From Hydrolagus colliei (lineage: Eukaryota): a stretch of 64,000 nt of DNA. Location: positions 16,616,001 to 16,680,000 of the forward strand of contig CM068750.1 in NCBI GenBank assembly GCA_035084275.1, given 5' to 3'. Shown in pieces: positions 52,130-64,000 of the stretch. How positions within the stretch are numbered: the first letter of the stretch is position 1; every line of letters starts with the position of its first letter. Under the pieces are notes generated by a model. That model worked only from the letters and a program-made list of their open reading frames with translations, was not told where the DNA came from and made no database searches. A program made the translations under genes and the position numbers.

Positions 52130-52862
52130 CTCATCCTTGCCTTCAAACCCTCCACCTCACTGAGCCAATCAGGTACCTTGGCATCTTGTATGATCCTCAA
52201 CTTTCCTTCCTACCCCAAAGCTGTACTGTATACAATCAATTAGCTTTACATTATGTAAAGTGCTTTGAGACGTCTAGAAGATGTGAAAAGCACTATATCA
52301 AATGCAAGGATTATTATTATAACCCACTCTGCCTTCCGCCTTCCAAACTCTTCCCTCCACAGGCTACAGATCATCCAGAACACTGAAACTCATGGCCTCT
52401 CTCTCACCAACCTCAGTGATCCTATCACCCCCCAACCTTGCCTGACTGCACTGGCTCTCAATCCCCAGATGATAGAGTTCAAAATACTCGTCCTTGCCGT
52501 CAAATCCTCCATGGTCTTGCTCCTTCCTACCTCTGTGACCCGCTATCTCCATATTGACCTGTCCGCACACACGACTCAGTGCTCCATGTTCCCTGCCCAG
52601 TCTGCACCACCATCGCAGATTGGGCCTGCAGCTTTTCTGCTCCTATCATTCCACAGTCACTTTGCCTCGCTCCTTCTCTTGCCTCCTTCAAGGCACGTCT
52701 CAACACCCTCCTATTCGACCGCACATTTGACCAACCTACCCTCCCTGCCCTCCACCATTCTGATCCCAACCCTCTCCTAGGGTCCAAATTCCTGGCTGTC
52801 CAATGCTTTGGGACATCTTCCTGATGTGAAAAGCGCTGTACAAATGTAATTTGTTGTGGTTG
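52130..52862 (+). mobile_element. L2 LINE 3' region with a nested SINE tail (~52225-52320)
   Basis: YLGILYDPQLSFLP ... LHRLQIIQN ... FSAPI ... SLASFKARLNTLLF, interrupted by the SINE tail ...atcaaatgcaaggattattattat. Confidence 0.85.
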
Positions 52863-53583
52863 GTTTCTCACTGCGTTCCACTGCCAACATTCCCATTATC
52901 CATACAGTATGAGAACCACTGTGAGGTATGTTCTTACATGGGGTTCTGAACCACAAATTCATTCAGCTCCTTTTCTGAGAGATTGAATTGGATTCTCTTC
53001 CATACAGGCATCAATCACCGCTCTCAGAGATTGATTACATTTGAACAGGACACAGTTCCTGATCAGCCATACTGTGTAATAGCGCTTAAACATGATAGAG
53101 CTCTTAGCTATCTGTCAATATATTGTCAATATACATATCGTTTAAAAATTCCACCGTACGTTTATTTTGTAACCTTTCATATTGGGCAAATTACGATTGA
53201 TAAATCGGTCATTCACTTCATTGCTATTTGTGGGTCATTGCTGTGCGCAAATTAACGGCTGTGTCCGCCTACAAAATACTGTACACACTTTGTGGTAAAC
53301 CTTTGAAGCTATTTGAAATGTTTTGATTTGAAACAAATGTTTCAATGTAATATAGCATACAAGGTCACTGATTAATATTGTTTCAACTGTATCTTTTTTA
53401 ATGGAAAATAGATAAATCCCATCATTTAATTACAGTTAATTTATCATTTGCAGCTGATTATCTAGGTGCTCTGAGGTGTGACCTATCATGGAGAGCGCTA
53501 TCTGAGTGCGTGTGGTGGTGGTGTTGTTTTTATCACCTTTGTTTATGACAATTCACAAACTGGGGAGAAAAATAAAGACAATG

Positions 53584-53598
53584 GCGCCACCTCGTGTC
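53584..53598 (-). promoter_or_regulatory. Candidate CTCF site
   Basis: The reverse strand reads aCACGAGGTGGCGC, close to the CTCF core CCASYAGRKGGCRS, in non-repeat sequence between the two promoters. Confidence 0.35.
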
Positions 53599-54167
53599 TG
53601 TTGTGATAGTTACCTTGATTTTACGTTTGTTTATTCCATGTTGTCAATATTCATTGGTTTATAAGCCTTGAAAATATTTGTTAAAATGATCAGCGGAACA
53701 TTTTCACCTCTCTTGCCATATTCTTTAGCCTGGATTGCAGAGGCACCATGCTGGCATTTTTCAAGTATAAGTCTGGCTGTGATGTGCCGTTTTTCTGTCC
53801 TAAATGTCAAAACAACAGCAACAAAATTACATTTGTATAGCGCAAAATCCTTGAAGTTCTTACCTAATATCGAGACACAGAGCTTCAGATGTGGAATGAT
53901 CAGATATCTTGAATTATCTAAATCTTGTCTTGAAATCAGTGATTACATTCTTCATATCTCCTTAGGTTTCAAATAAGGACAACAAACCTAAATAAGAATT
54001 GATGGGGAAAATTATTAAGTAAAATGATGATAGGCAGATAGAATAAACAGCTAAAATAGGTGGCAGATTAAAGCTTTCCAAAAGATGACTTAACAGGCAT
54101 TTGGATATTAAAGAAATTCAGTTATTAGATGTTACCGTTATCTGATGTTTCTACTGTTCTTTACATA

Positions 54168-54452
54168 TAGTAACAATCCTTGCATTTGATATAGCTCTTT
54201 TCAAGCATTTCAATGCACTTCACAGAATACACTGTAAAGTGAATTGCATATTTGTGGGCGAAACGCGGCAGCCAGTTGTGCACAGCAGTGTCCCACAAAC
54301 AGTCGTGGATTCAAGTGACCAATTTTTAAAAAAATAATAAACAGAAGCGTGTGAAGTAAGGAAACTTGTCCAACATTTTGCCCTTCTGGAAATCAAACCC
54401 AGGTCTCTTGCTTGCAAGGCAAGTGCTCTAACCACTGAGCTACAGGACTCCC
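54168..54452 (-). mobile_element. Full-length tRNA-derived SINE
   Basis: Reverse-strand head ggagtcctgtagctcagtggttagagc, body and tail. Confidence 0.9.
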
Positions 54453-54634
54453 ATGTGTATATGATGGCCATGCAATTGCCTCACATTGGGCACTTAAATC
54501 AAGGCAATTTAGGATTGAATTCAATAGTATATCAGAAACTCACATAACTAACCCTGTGATGTTACAGCAAATGTGATAATTATTGGAGTTAATGAGATAA
54601 CGTGTTGCACCCATGGGTGTGATTCATCAACTTA

Positions 54635-54897
54635 GAGCCTTCAGCCACTCTGCCCCTAACCTCTGGAATTCCATCCCGCAGTCCCTACGCCTCGCCCCCT
54701 CCCTAAGCCCCCTTCAAGTCCCGCCTCAAGACCCTCCTCTTCGATGGTCCCATCGGTCACCCCAAATCCCCTCCTTTCCCTCCACCCTCCCCAATCCAGA
54801 CCCCAGCTCAGGTCTGAAACATTGACTGACCTGCACCTTGGGACGTACGTCCGCCTGACGTGAAACGCGCTATACAAATGTAATTTTGTTGTTGTTA
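54635..54897 (+). mobile_element. Young L2 LINE 3' end
   Basis: RAFSHSAPNLWNSIPQSLRLAPSL, followed by the tail atacaaatgtaattttgttgttgtt. Confidence 0.88.
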
Positions 54898-56969
54898 GAG
54901 ACTCCATCTCTATTCCTGAGCTCTTGAATAACATGATGGAGCTTACCCAGGTCCTCTCTTGCATCACCACCAGTATATTCTGATGGAACTCAAGCACTTG
55001 TCAATTCCTTCTTTTGCCAACATTGATTGAGTTGCCACACATTTCCATGAGGACCTGGATTAAGCAGCTGATTGTGGTAAGAAGATGTGTGCAGCAAATT
55101 GCCTCCAAGGTGATATGCTTGGCAACGGAAGATTGTAACACTGATTGTCCACCCTTGGACACCCTCCTGACGTGAAAGGCGCAATATAAATGTAACTTTT
55201 CTTGTTGTTATGTTGTTGTTGTAATCAAATTGATGCTCTGAGTCCCGAGCCAGGCACATTGGGACATCCTCTCAATGTGAAAGGCACTATACAAATATAA
55301 GTATTGATTGATTGGTCGGTCGGTTGGTCCACGGTACACCAAGACACTGTTGGTGATGGACTAGCTATCTTAACCCATATTATTATCAAGCATTCACAGA
55401 TCTGGGTTAGCATGGATTGTCTGGGGGAAATAAATCTCTTTGGTGTCCAAACAACATAGCTGTTGTTCAATGTCTTTCCTCAACATTTCCCACACCGGTC
55501 TCATGTTGCCATTTGGAGATAGATTTCCATACTGAATCCAGTTTTAAATTTCAGACTGGCAAAGTAACTTAGCTTCAGATTCATTGAATGAAAAGACAGG
55601 TGTGCAAAGCAGAAGGGAAAGGCATTTGGGTCTTAAAAAGCTATTAGATAATCCAGTTGGGGTGATTTGCAATGGGATTCACTAATAGCAGCTCAGAGTC
55701 AATAACTGGACATCCTGCTGGTAATTGGCAGAACATCAGAACCAACTCCTGCTTCACAGCGCTGAAAGTGGATCATGGGATTTCTGTGAATTGACTTTCT
55801 GCCAGTCAGGAGCAGGATTCCCTTTGTAGCTCTCGGGCCATAATCATTGTCCTTGTATTTGATTAGCCCATTGCGAGGGACCTCAAACATTTCACAACAT
55901 TTACTACTGTAGAAATTGTCTGCGAATGTATTTTGTGGGGGAACTGTAAACTGCTGCCTTTTAAATGGTGGTGGTGGAGGGTGGGTTGCTATAAAGCGGT
56001 AACAGCTGCTGACTTCGAAAATCGGGAAGAGGGGGAAGGCAGCAAGCTAAGAGCAAAGTCATGTCTAATTTCTGTGATAGGCAGGAGAAGCAGAGTAAAA
56101 TGTAGACAGCACGGTATCATATCTTTCATTGCACACTGCAGAGCGACTGTAAAGGCATTAGACCATGTGAGGATGATAATGGATAATATTGCGAATGCAG
56201 ACGTCTGTCTCCTGAAGTGTTATTTTCAAAACAAACACCCAGGATAGGATGCCATTCTGTGTGAAGTTAGCGTGGATCATTCCCAATTTACGAACAATTG
56301 CAATTAATATATATTTTTTAAGTTTTAAAGACACCATTCTTTTGTTTACAAGATTTGAGGGGAGTGTGCTACCTCTCTTATGTTGAAACATATTTCTAGT
56401 TTGTAAGTATGGTTTATAATTAAGTGCAGTAGAGCAATTTTGGGGGTGGGTGGGGATGCATGGCAGAACAAATTACTTCAGTGACAATGTTTCGATGCTT
56501 CTCTTATTGAAACATTGACTCCTATCTCTATTAAATTTGAAGGGCATATTTGTTCTGCTCATGGAGATAATATAAAATAATTATGCAAATTAGACTTAAT
56601 TTGCAGATGCAAATTAGGTTAATTGGAAAATTAACTTTCCCAGTAACTTAAAAACCCACATGTCTTATCTTTATAAATCTTGGAGAGTCTAGTCAATACT
56701 CTAAAGGGAGAACATTTGAAATTCATCATTTAATTTGCTAGACTCAGATTAATTAACAAATATTCTGTGGTAAAACTCAGCCAATATATTGTGGCTTCAT
56801 GATTGAAAGGCGTGTGGTACTGTGGTATGGTGATTTATTTTTAAATTCAAACTTTGCTGAATGCACTTTTTGTGAATTTTTTTAACAAATTGCATTATAA
56901 AGTATCATTCACGTTGCGAGGATGTCTCAAAGTGCTGGATAGGAACACGTTTGCACATGTTCTGATACC

Positions 56970-57410
56970 TCAACAACAACAACAACAACAAAATTACACT
57001 TGTATAGTGCCTTTCATGTCAGGAGTACATCCCAAGGCGCTGGACAGTCATTGTTTCAGATCTGAGCTGGGGTCGGGAACGGGGAGGGTGGAGGGAAAGG
57101 GGAGGATTTGGGGTGACCGATGGGACCGTCGAAGAGGAGGGTCTTGAGGTGGGACTTGAAGGGACAGGGACAGGGCGAGGTGGAGGGACTGCAGGATGGA
57201 GTTCAGAAGTTGGAGGCAGAGTGGCTGAAGACTCACCCTCCAATGGTGGGGCGGGTGGGTCGGGTGACGTGGAGCAGGCCAGAATCTGCTGAGTGGACGG
57301 GACAGGAAGGTTGGTAGGGGATTAGGAGGTCACAGAGTTAGGGTGGAGCAAAGACGTGGAGGGCTTTGAATATAAGGACCAGGATCTTGAATTGAATCCT
57401 CTGGGTGATA
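56970..57410 (-). mobile_element. Young L2 LINE 3' end
   Basis: (caa)n tail, stem-loop and L2 ORF2 end on the reverse strand. Confidence 0.88.
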
Positions 57411-58732
57411 AAGAGTGTAATGATTGTTTTGCTGGCAGCTTTATTCCTCACCTTTGGTGGCTTCCTTGACAACTTGGATGTGGGAAGCCACAGTTGTGAA
57501 CCCACATCCTTTTGGTGTGATACATTAATATAGGACAGAATTTCTGTTCCTGCTACAAAGCATTCTAATGCTGTTTTATTTCCTACACAAGGTTGAATAC
57601 AGTATTTATCAATTGTATTATTTCCTTACACCCAAAACTGTATTCATACCACTCATACGAAGCCTGTGGTACAAAGCAGTTTAATCAGGATTAAAGGAAA
57701 GTGAACTAGTCTAGAAAACGTTGGTGTTCTGGATGGGAATTCCACTTGTGTCCAAACAATTTACAACAATTTGGATTTATACAGCACCCTCCATGCCGAA
57801 CGGCATCTCAGAGCACTTGCAACATTACTGGTATTTTGCTATGAAAAGTAGTAATAATAATAATCCTTACATTTGATATAGTGTCTTATCACGTCATTGA
57901 CTACAATCACGGCTTAATGTATTCAGTATTTGTCTTCATTTAGGAATATGTATAAAAAACAAGAAAGGTTAACAGCAAGCACTTATTATTATACAATGTA
58001 AAGTTTATGCCACTTTAACTTTACCTATATACAGTATTTGTATTCATTCGTTTATTTGTAACAAAGAAACATGGCTTGAATGTATTTTTTTAGTAATGTT
58101 TATATTTGTTGTTTCAAAAATATATCTGGATATAAAAATTCCATAAAGACTGAAAGAATTAACTGCTGAAACTTTCAAACGAATAAAATGCAACACAAGC
58201 ATAATATTGAATCTACAAATTGTGTATTGTAACTGCTTGTTTATTCAACACCAATGTGTCACTTGATCTGCATTCATGTGAATGTTTCTCCATAGAATGT
58301 TTCTCCTGCTTTACAGTTGTCTTGCTAACTTTTAAAATTTATTGAAGGAATTCAATTTATTGAATTCGAGAGGAATTGGATTTTGGTCGGTAACTCTGTC
58401 AGGTGCGCATAAGTAACAACAGCGAAAGATTAGAAAAGTAATGCAAAACAACATCTATTAAAATATTAACATGTATGATATATAAGCCATGGAATCAATC
58501 AGTAATTGGCACACTTTCATTTCTTCATAGATTTGTTGCTTGTGAGGTAATATGGTGAAAATATGAGCCTCCTGGTACACCAAACAGTCTGCATCTCCAA
58601 CCCAAATTGAGTTAATAATAATCCTTGCATTTAAGATGTCTTTGGGACTTTACAGAATATACTGTAAAGTGAATTGACTTTATATTTTGTTAGCCAAACA
58701 TGGCAACCAATTACACACTAGTATCTCACAAG

Positions 58733-58975
58733 CAACAACATTGACAAAATTACATTTGTAGAGCGCCTTTCACGTCAGGACAGCCCAAAGTGCTGGACAG
58801 TCAGTGTTTCAGACCTGAGCTGGGGTCGGGGAGGGTGGAGGGAAAGGGAGGGATTTGGGGTGACCGATGGGACTGTCGAAGAGGAGAGTCTTGAGGCAAG
58901 ACTTGAAGGAGGCCGAGGCGGAGGGACTGTGGGATGGAATTCCAGAGGTTTGGGGGCAGAGTGGCTGAAAGCTCG
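58733..58975 (-). mobile_element. Young L2 LINE 3' end
   Basis: Nearly the same sequence as 54635-54897, inverted. Confidence 0.85.
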
Positions 58976-59091
58976 GGTCGATTGTGACCTGACATTCCGC
59001 CAACTGATGAACCATCGGGTTCCTATTTACTGCTCGGTGAACAGAGGTGTGGAAACCAGCTTAAGGTTCCATTGGTCCATTCACAAATCCG

Positions 59092-59978
59092 CTATTGCCT
59101 GCCTGCCTGCCCACCTCCCTGCCTGCCCTCCCCTCCCTCCCTCCCTCCCCGTCTCCCTGCCTCCCCGTCCCTGCCCTCACTCCCTCCCTCTCTGCCCTCC
59201 CACCCTCCCTCCCTGCCCTCCCACCCTCCCTCCCTCTCTGCCCTCACTCCCTCCCTCTCTCCCTCCCTCCCTCTCCCTCCCTCTCCCCACTCCCTCCCTC
59301 TCTGCCCTCCCACCCTCCCTCCCTCTCTGCCCTCCCACCCTCCCTCCCTGCCCTCCCACCCTCCCTCCCTGCCCTCCCACCCTCCCTCCCTCTCTGCCCT
59401 CACTCCCTCCCTCTCTCTCTCCCTCCCTCTCCCTCCCTCTCGCCCGCCCTCCCTCTCTGCCCTCCCACCCTCCCTCCCTCTCTGCCCTCCCACCCTCCCT
59501 CCCTCTCTGCCCTCCCTCCCTCTCTGCCCTCCCACCCTCTCTGCCCTCCCACCCTCCCTCCCTCTCTGCCCTCCCACCCTCCCTCCCTCTCTGCCCTCCC
59601 ACCCTCCCTCCCTCTCTGCCCTCCCACCCTCCCTCCCTCCCTGCCCTCCCACCCTCCCTCCCTCTCTGCCCTCCCACCCTCCCTCCCTCTCTGCCCTCCC
59701 ACCCTCCCTCCCTCCCTCTCTGCCCTCCCACCCTCCCTCCCTCTCTGCCCTCCCACCCNNNNNNNNNNNNNNNNNNNNNNNNNNNNNNNNNNNNNNNNNN
59801 NNNNNNNNNNNNNNNNNNNNNNNNNNNNNNNNNNNNNNNNNNNNNNNNNNNNNNNNNNNNNNNNNNNNNNNNNNNNNNNNNNNNNNNNNTCCTCACTCCC
59901 TCCCTCCCTCTCTGCCTGTCCTCCCTCTCCCCACTCCCTCCCTCTCTGCCTGTCCTCCCTCCCTCCCCTCCCTGCCTA
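59092..59978. repeat. Pyrimidine-rich minisatellite, ~25-bp unit CCCTCCCACCCTCCCTCCCTCTCTG
   Basis: Tandem array interrupted by an N gap. It accounts for the Pro/Ser/Leu and Gly/Arg/Glu ORFs. Confidence 0.95.
59759..59889. other. Assembly gap (131 N) inside a minisatellite
   Basis: Run of N. Confidence 0.99.
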
Positions 59979-59999
59979 GTGTAAAACAGCACGTTGTGA

Positions 60000-60300
60000 C
60001 TTTCCCTCTCGCTCCAGCTGCTCCCAGTCCTCTCGCCGTTCCCAGACCCCAACTAACCAATCACTGCCCGGGCCTGGCTGTCCATCACCGCGGGGGCAGC
60101 CAATCAGCGCCGCTGTTTCCGGGCTCCATCGATTCCCACAAGACCCGCCCTCTCGGAGCTCTCTCTATTGATCTGCGTTTCTCTTAATATCTTATTGATG
60201 TACTGTATAAGAAACTAGCTTAGAATTACAGTATAGATATATATATACACAGTACACACCTCTACATTATACCCTGGCCGGCAAGCGGCGCAAATGATGA
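60000..60300. promoter_or_regulatory. Promoter-like CpG patch of an unidentified, probably divergent gene
   Basis: aaCCAATca at 60057-60061, agCCAATcag at 60100-60104, ETS-like ttccgg near 60117 and a GC box at 60145-60150. CpG-rich, G-run-rich sequence continues to about 61.9 kb. Confidence 0.5.
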
Positions 60301-60407
60301 GTGTGAGGAATTGATTTAAGATGAGAGTTGTATTTTTTTGTTAAGATTATAAATATAGGGTATAAATACATTTCATTAAAAAAAATTGCATCAAATCATA
60401 CCAACCA

Positions 60408-60607
60408 NNNNNNNNNNNNNNNNNNNNNNNNNNNNNNNNNNNNNNNNNNNNNNNNNNNNNNNNNNNNNNNNNNNNNNNNNNNNNNNNNNNNNNNNNNNNN
60501 NNNNNNNNNNNNNNNNNNNNNNNNNNNNNNNNNNNNNNNNNNNNNNNNNNNNNNNNNNNNNNNNNNNNNNNNNNNNNNNNNNNNNNNNNNNNNNNNNNNN
60601 NNNNNNN
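60408..60607. other. Assembly gap (200 N)
   Basis: Run of N. Confidence 0.99.
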
Positions 60608-60646
60608 TGTAATTTTTATATAACAAAGCCAAAAATAAAAAGATTT

Positions 60647-60677
<31 letters not shown>

Positions 60678-62436
60678 GGGGGGTTGGTGGGGGTGGGGGG
60701 TTAAAATAAACAGCAATTTCTGAAATCAACCAAATTTTATGAAAATCGACGCAAAGCTAAAATAAAACGGACTTTTTTTCTGGGAGGGAGGGAGGAGGGA
60801 AAATGGTTTAGGGAAAGGAAAAGGGAGAAAAAATCTAGCTGGGGAGGTGTGTGTGTGTGTGTGTGAAAAAAATAATGCCCCCTTTTATAAAGGCTACATT
60901 TCCCTTTTTACCCCCCTCTCCTCTTTCTGTCGGCTCCTGAACAAAGTAACAAGATGTCGGCAGGACGAGGTACCGAATCTGGCTGGATCTGGGATGAGAT
61001 TTAAAAAACACAGGGATTTGGTGTCCAAACCTGGTCGCAAATCTACCCTCCCCGGCCGGAGATTTGCAACAGGGAGAGATGTGAGAATTGCTCTCTGGGC
61101 TTTTGCATATGATGGTATGTGGGGGAAACGGTGGGGATTTTAAAGCTTGTTTTTGTTGCCCCCTCAAAACAGGTCAGAGTGTTTCGGCCTTTCCTCTCTT
61201 TGGTTAGTGTTGCTGGTGGGGGGGGAAAGGGGTGGGGAGGAGTTGCTAATCCACAATAGCTGCTATGTATAAACCTTCGCCTCTCGTTAATACTTCGCTC
61301 TTTAATTGGGTTAAACTTTTTACTGCTGTTTTAGATTGACATCATTAGCAGTTTTGTGTTTAGATATATATATAAATGTGTGTGTAAATCTCTGCACCTC
61401 CTGGTTTATTGGAGCCGAGTTATGTAGAGATAAAGGAAGGTAAATAAACCCAGAGATATGATTGATGGGCGTGATCGGAAAAGGATCGTAAATTATACTC
61501 GATGAACTAACTAACTGCTGGACTGAAAGCGCCGTGGAAATAGTTCTGTTCCAACGCGATATATTATCCGGCTTACAATCAGTCAGTCAGTCAGCCACAG
61601 CTGCATCTCCCCCACACAGTCAGAGGGGAGCAGAAAAACACTCGATAACCGAGGCTAAATCAATGCTGTTCTCACTGTACTGTTAAAAAAAATCTCACCA
61701 CATTATATTGATTTCGATCGATATTTCTTGTATTGGGGAGGGGGAGCTGCAGAGAGGTTATCAAAAAATTAAAATGTACTATTTGTGGGGAGGGGGTGGT
61801 GGGGGGGGGGGGGGGGAGGGGGAGTGGGGAGGACTGATAGATTAAATGCAATGAGAAAAAAAATCCAAACAATACTGAGATATTGTCTGTTTTTTAAAAG
61901 AAAAATAGCACAAGGCTTTTTTTAAAATTATTTGTTCTGTTCTGAAGGGGAAACCTTTCTCAAGTGGCTGCTCTTCCTATTTGGAGGTCAAGGCAATGAG
62001 AAAAAAGTCAGACTTTTTGATGGGGGAGTGGAGGGTAGGGAGAGCGCGAGAGAGAATGGGAAACAGATCACAGACGAGCTGTGCGCAATTGGCTGCCGCG
62101 ATTCGCCCACAAAGATACAGTCAATTCACTTAACAGTATATTCTGTGAAGCGCTTTGGGACGTCGATAAGATGTGAAGAGCACTATATCAAATGCAAGGA
62201 TTATTATTATAAGCTTGCTTTGGTATCTCGTTAGGCAGACGTTGACACAAGAATTCACTTGATAGTAGAGGTCAGGAGAAGTAATCCCTCTCCTTAATTT
62301 CGGGATGTCCAATTGTGCTATTTTTGTTGCGATCCACTATTTCAGTTCATTCTCTGGATGAAACCCATACATTTGTATGGTCAATTTTTAACTCAAGGCA
62401 GTAATTTCTCCAACTGTGCCATCGCCTGGAAAAGTT

Positions 62437-62743
62437 ATAATAATAATAATCCTAGCGCTTTTCATGTCTTCTAGATGTCTCAAAGCGCTTCACAGAATAT
62501 ACTATAAAGTGAATTGACCGTATAATTGTGGGCAAAACGTGGCAGCCAATTGTGCACAGAAACACAAACAGTCCCACAAACAGTCGTGGATTGAAATGAC
62601 CAATTCATTATATATTTTTTGATGGATTATTATTAGGCATGTGGAGTAAGGAAACTTGCCCAAGGTTTTGCTCTGCCTGGATTCGAACACAGGTCTCACA
62701 CTTGTAAGGCGAGTGCTCTAACACTGAGCTACAGGACTCCATG
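62437..62743 (-). mobile_element. Full-length tRNA-derived SINE
   Basis: Reverse-strand head ggagtcctgtagctcagtgttagagcactcgccttacaag, body and (TTA)n tail. Confidence 0.9.
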
Positions 62744-64000
62744 GATTATGGATTGCCTGACTTGGGTTTTGTGTATCAATATAGCTTGATGTTTGTACTG
62801 AGCATCTCAATGTAGCCTGATATCCACAGGATATTACAAAGAGCTTCATATATATATATATACATATATACACATATATATACCATTAAATGTTCTGATT
62901 CTATTTTGAAGGTAAACATGAAAGCTAATTTGCCCACAGCAACGATAATAATCCTCCCAATGTGAAAAGCGCTCTAGAAATGTAATTTTGTTGTTGTTTG
63001 TTGTAATAATAATAATCCTTGCATTTGATATAGCGCTTTTCACTTCTACCAGATGTTTCAAAGCGCTTCACAGAATATACTGTCAAGTTAATTGACTGTA
63101 TATTTGAGGGCAAAAAGTGTACTGCAAACATCTGTGAAGTTTCTAGCCTGATGTGAGAAGTGAGCATCTCTTACATCAGTCAGCAAGAGAATTGTTGTAG
63201 GAAAAAGATGTTTTCATGTAAAATGGTGCACAACTGTAGGAAATTTGACATTAACTATGGATTCCATTGAACAATAGTGACAAATCAAGATTGTCCTGAA
63301 CTGAGGAAATTTCTTTGGATTTTGTGAGGTATATAAACAGCTTTGTTTGTTTTTAAATTGTGAGTGAAGATCAAATGCGTGTTTAACTTGCTTTCTGAAC
63401 TTTTATTCTGTAAAGAAATCTATAACCACACATTATGTGTACATAATTGTTTGTCCTTGCAATGACCCTCGGTGGAAGCAAGTGGTGAAGCTGCATTCGA
63501 GGATTCATTTCCTATTGATTTAAAAACAATGCACAAATTTAAGTGACAATATTACAACATATAGCAATACCGCAGGAGCTTTGAGCTTGCATTAAATTTG
63601 TACAGCGATGGTACTACAATGGTGAGAGTAGCTCCAAAAAAAATTGACTTTTGAAATAATTGACGCGTGCAATGCAGTACAATGTGAAATATTTAAAAGA
63701 AGATTGCATTTGTTTTATTTTACCTGTTCCTGTGAAAGGGAGTGGATGTGTTTTTCCAGTCAAGCCTGTGCTGGGAATACTGCTGACAGTGGAAGCATTT
63801 TGCAAATTCCGCACTGCATGTTAGACTGGAATTTTGATTCCTTGAGTCAATGGCAGTAATTGATTTCTCAGCCCACATAGTAAACCATGCGGTAGAGAGA
63901 CTCTGATGTGTTCAAGGGGCCTCTTCGAGTGGTTCTGTAAAATCTAGAGGGTAATTATGGAACTATGCAATTAAGGCAGAGGTTTCTAATATAATTTTAT

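Noticed and set aside
58860-60187. Pro-rich and Gly/Arg-rich ORFs of up to 374 aa
   Set aside because: Minisatellite plus N gap, with no domain signal.

Overview
Eukaryotic (vertebrate) genomic DNA, AT-rich and repeat-dense. The repeat landscape (L2 and CR1 LINE 3' ends, Deu-domain SINEs, an abundant tRNA-head SINE with a (TTA)n tail) points to a cartilaginous fish, probably a holocephalan such as elephant shark; this is inference. The only supportable protein-coding content is the 5' part of NUMB on the minus strand: the start-codon exon (13617-13759, [42 protein letters not shown]) and the next PTB-domain exon (3765-3839, YLGHVEVEESRGMHICEEAVKRLKS). The gene continues off the left edge, and its probable CpG-island promoter and first exon(s) lie at about 41-42 kb. 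A second promoter-like region (two NF-Y boxes and a GC box) sits at about 60.0-60.3 kb beside two assembly gaps, probably for a divergent gene that I cannot identify. All long ORFs in the supplied track are minisatellite or LINE artefacts. I find no evidence of a new multi-gene system. The most interesting signals are at the RNA-structure and transposon level: a 43-bp hairpin that pairs better on the NUMB sense strand, a hybrid tRNA/CORE-like/Deu/L2-tail SINE seen as a deletion series, covarying LINE/SINE 3' stem-loops with different loops, and a Tc2-like MITE carrying a 1-kb minisatellite. Repeat boundaries were read by eye and are approximate unless TIRs/TSDs are quoted.
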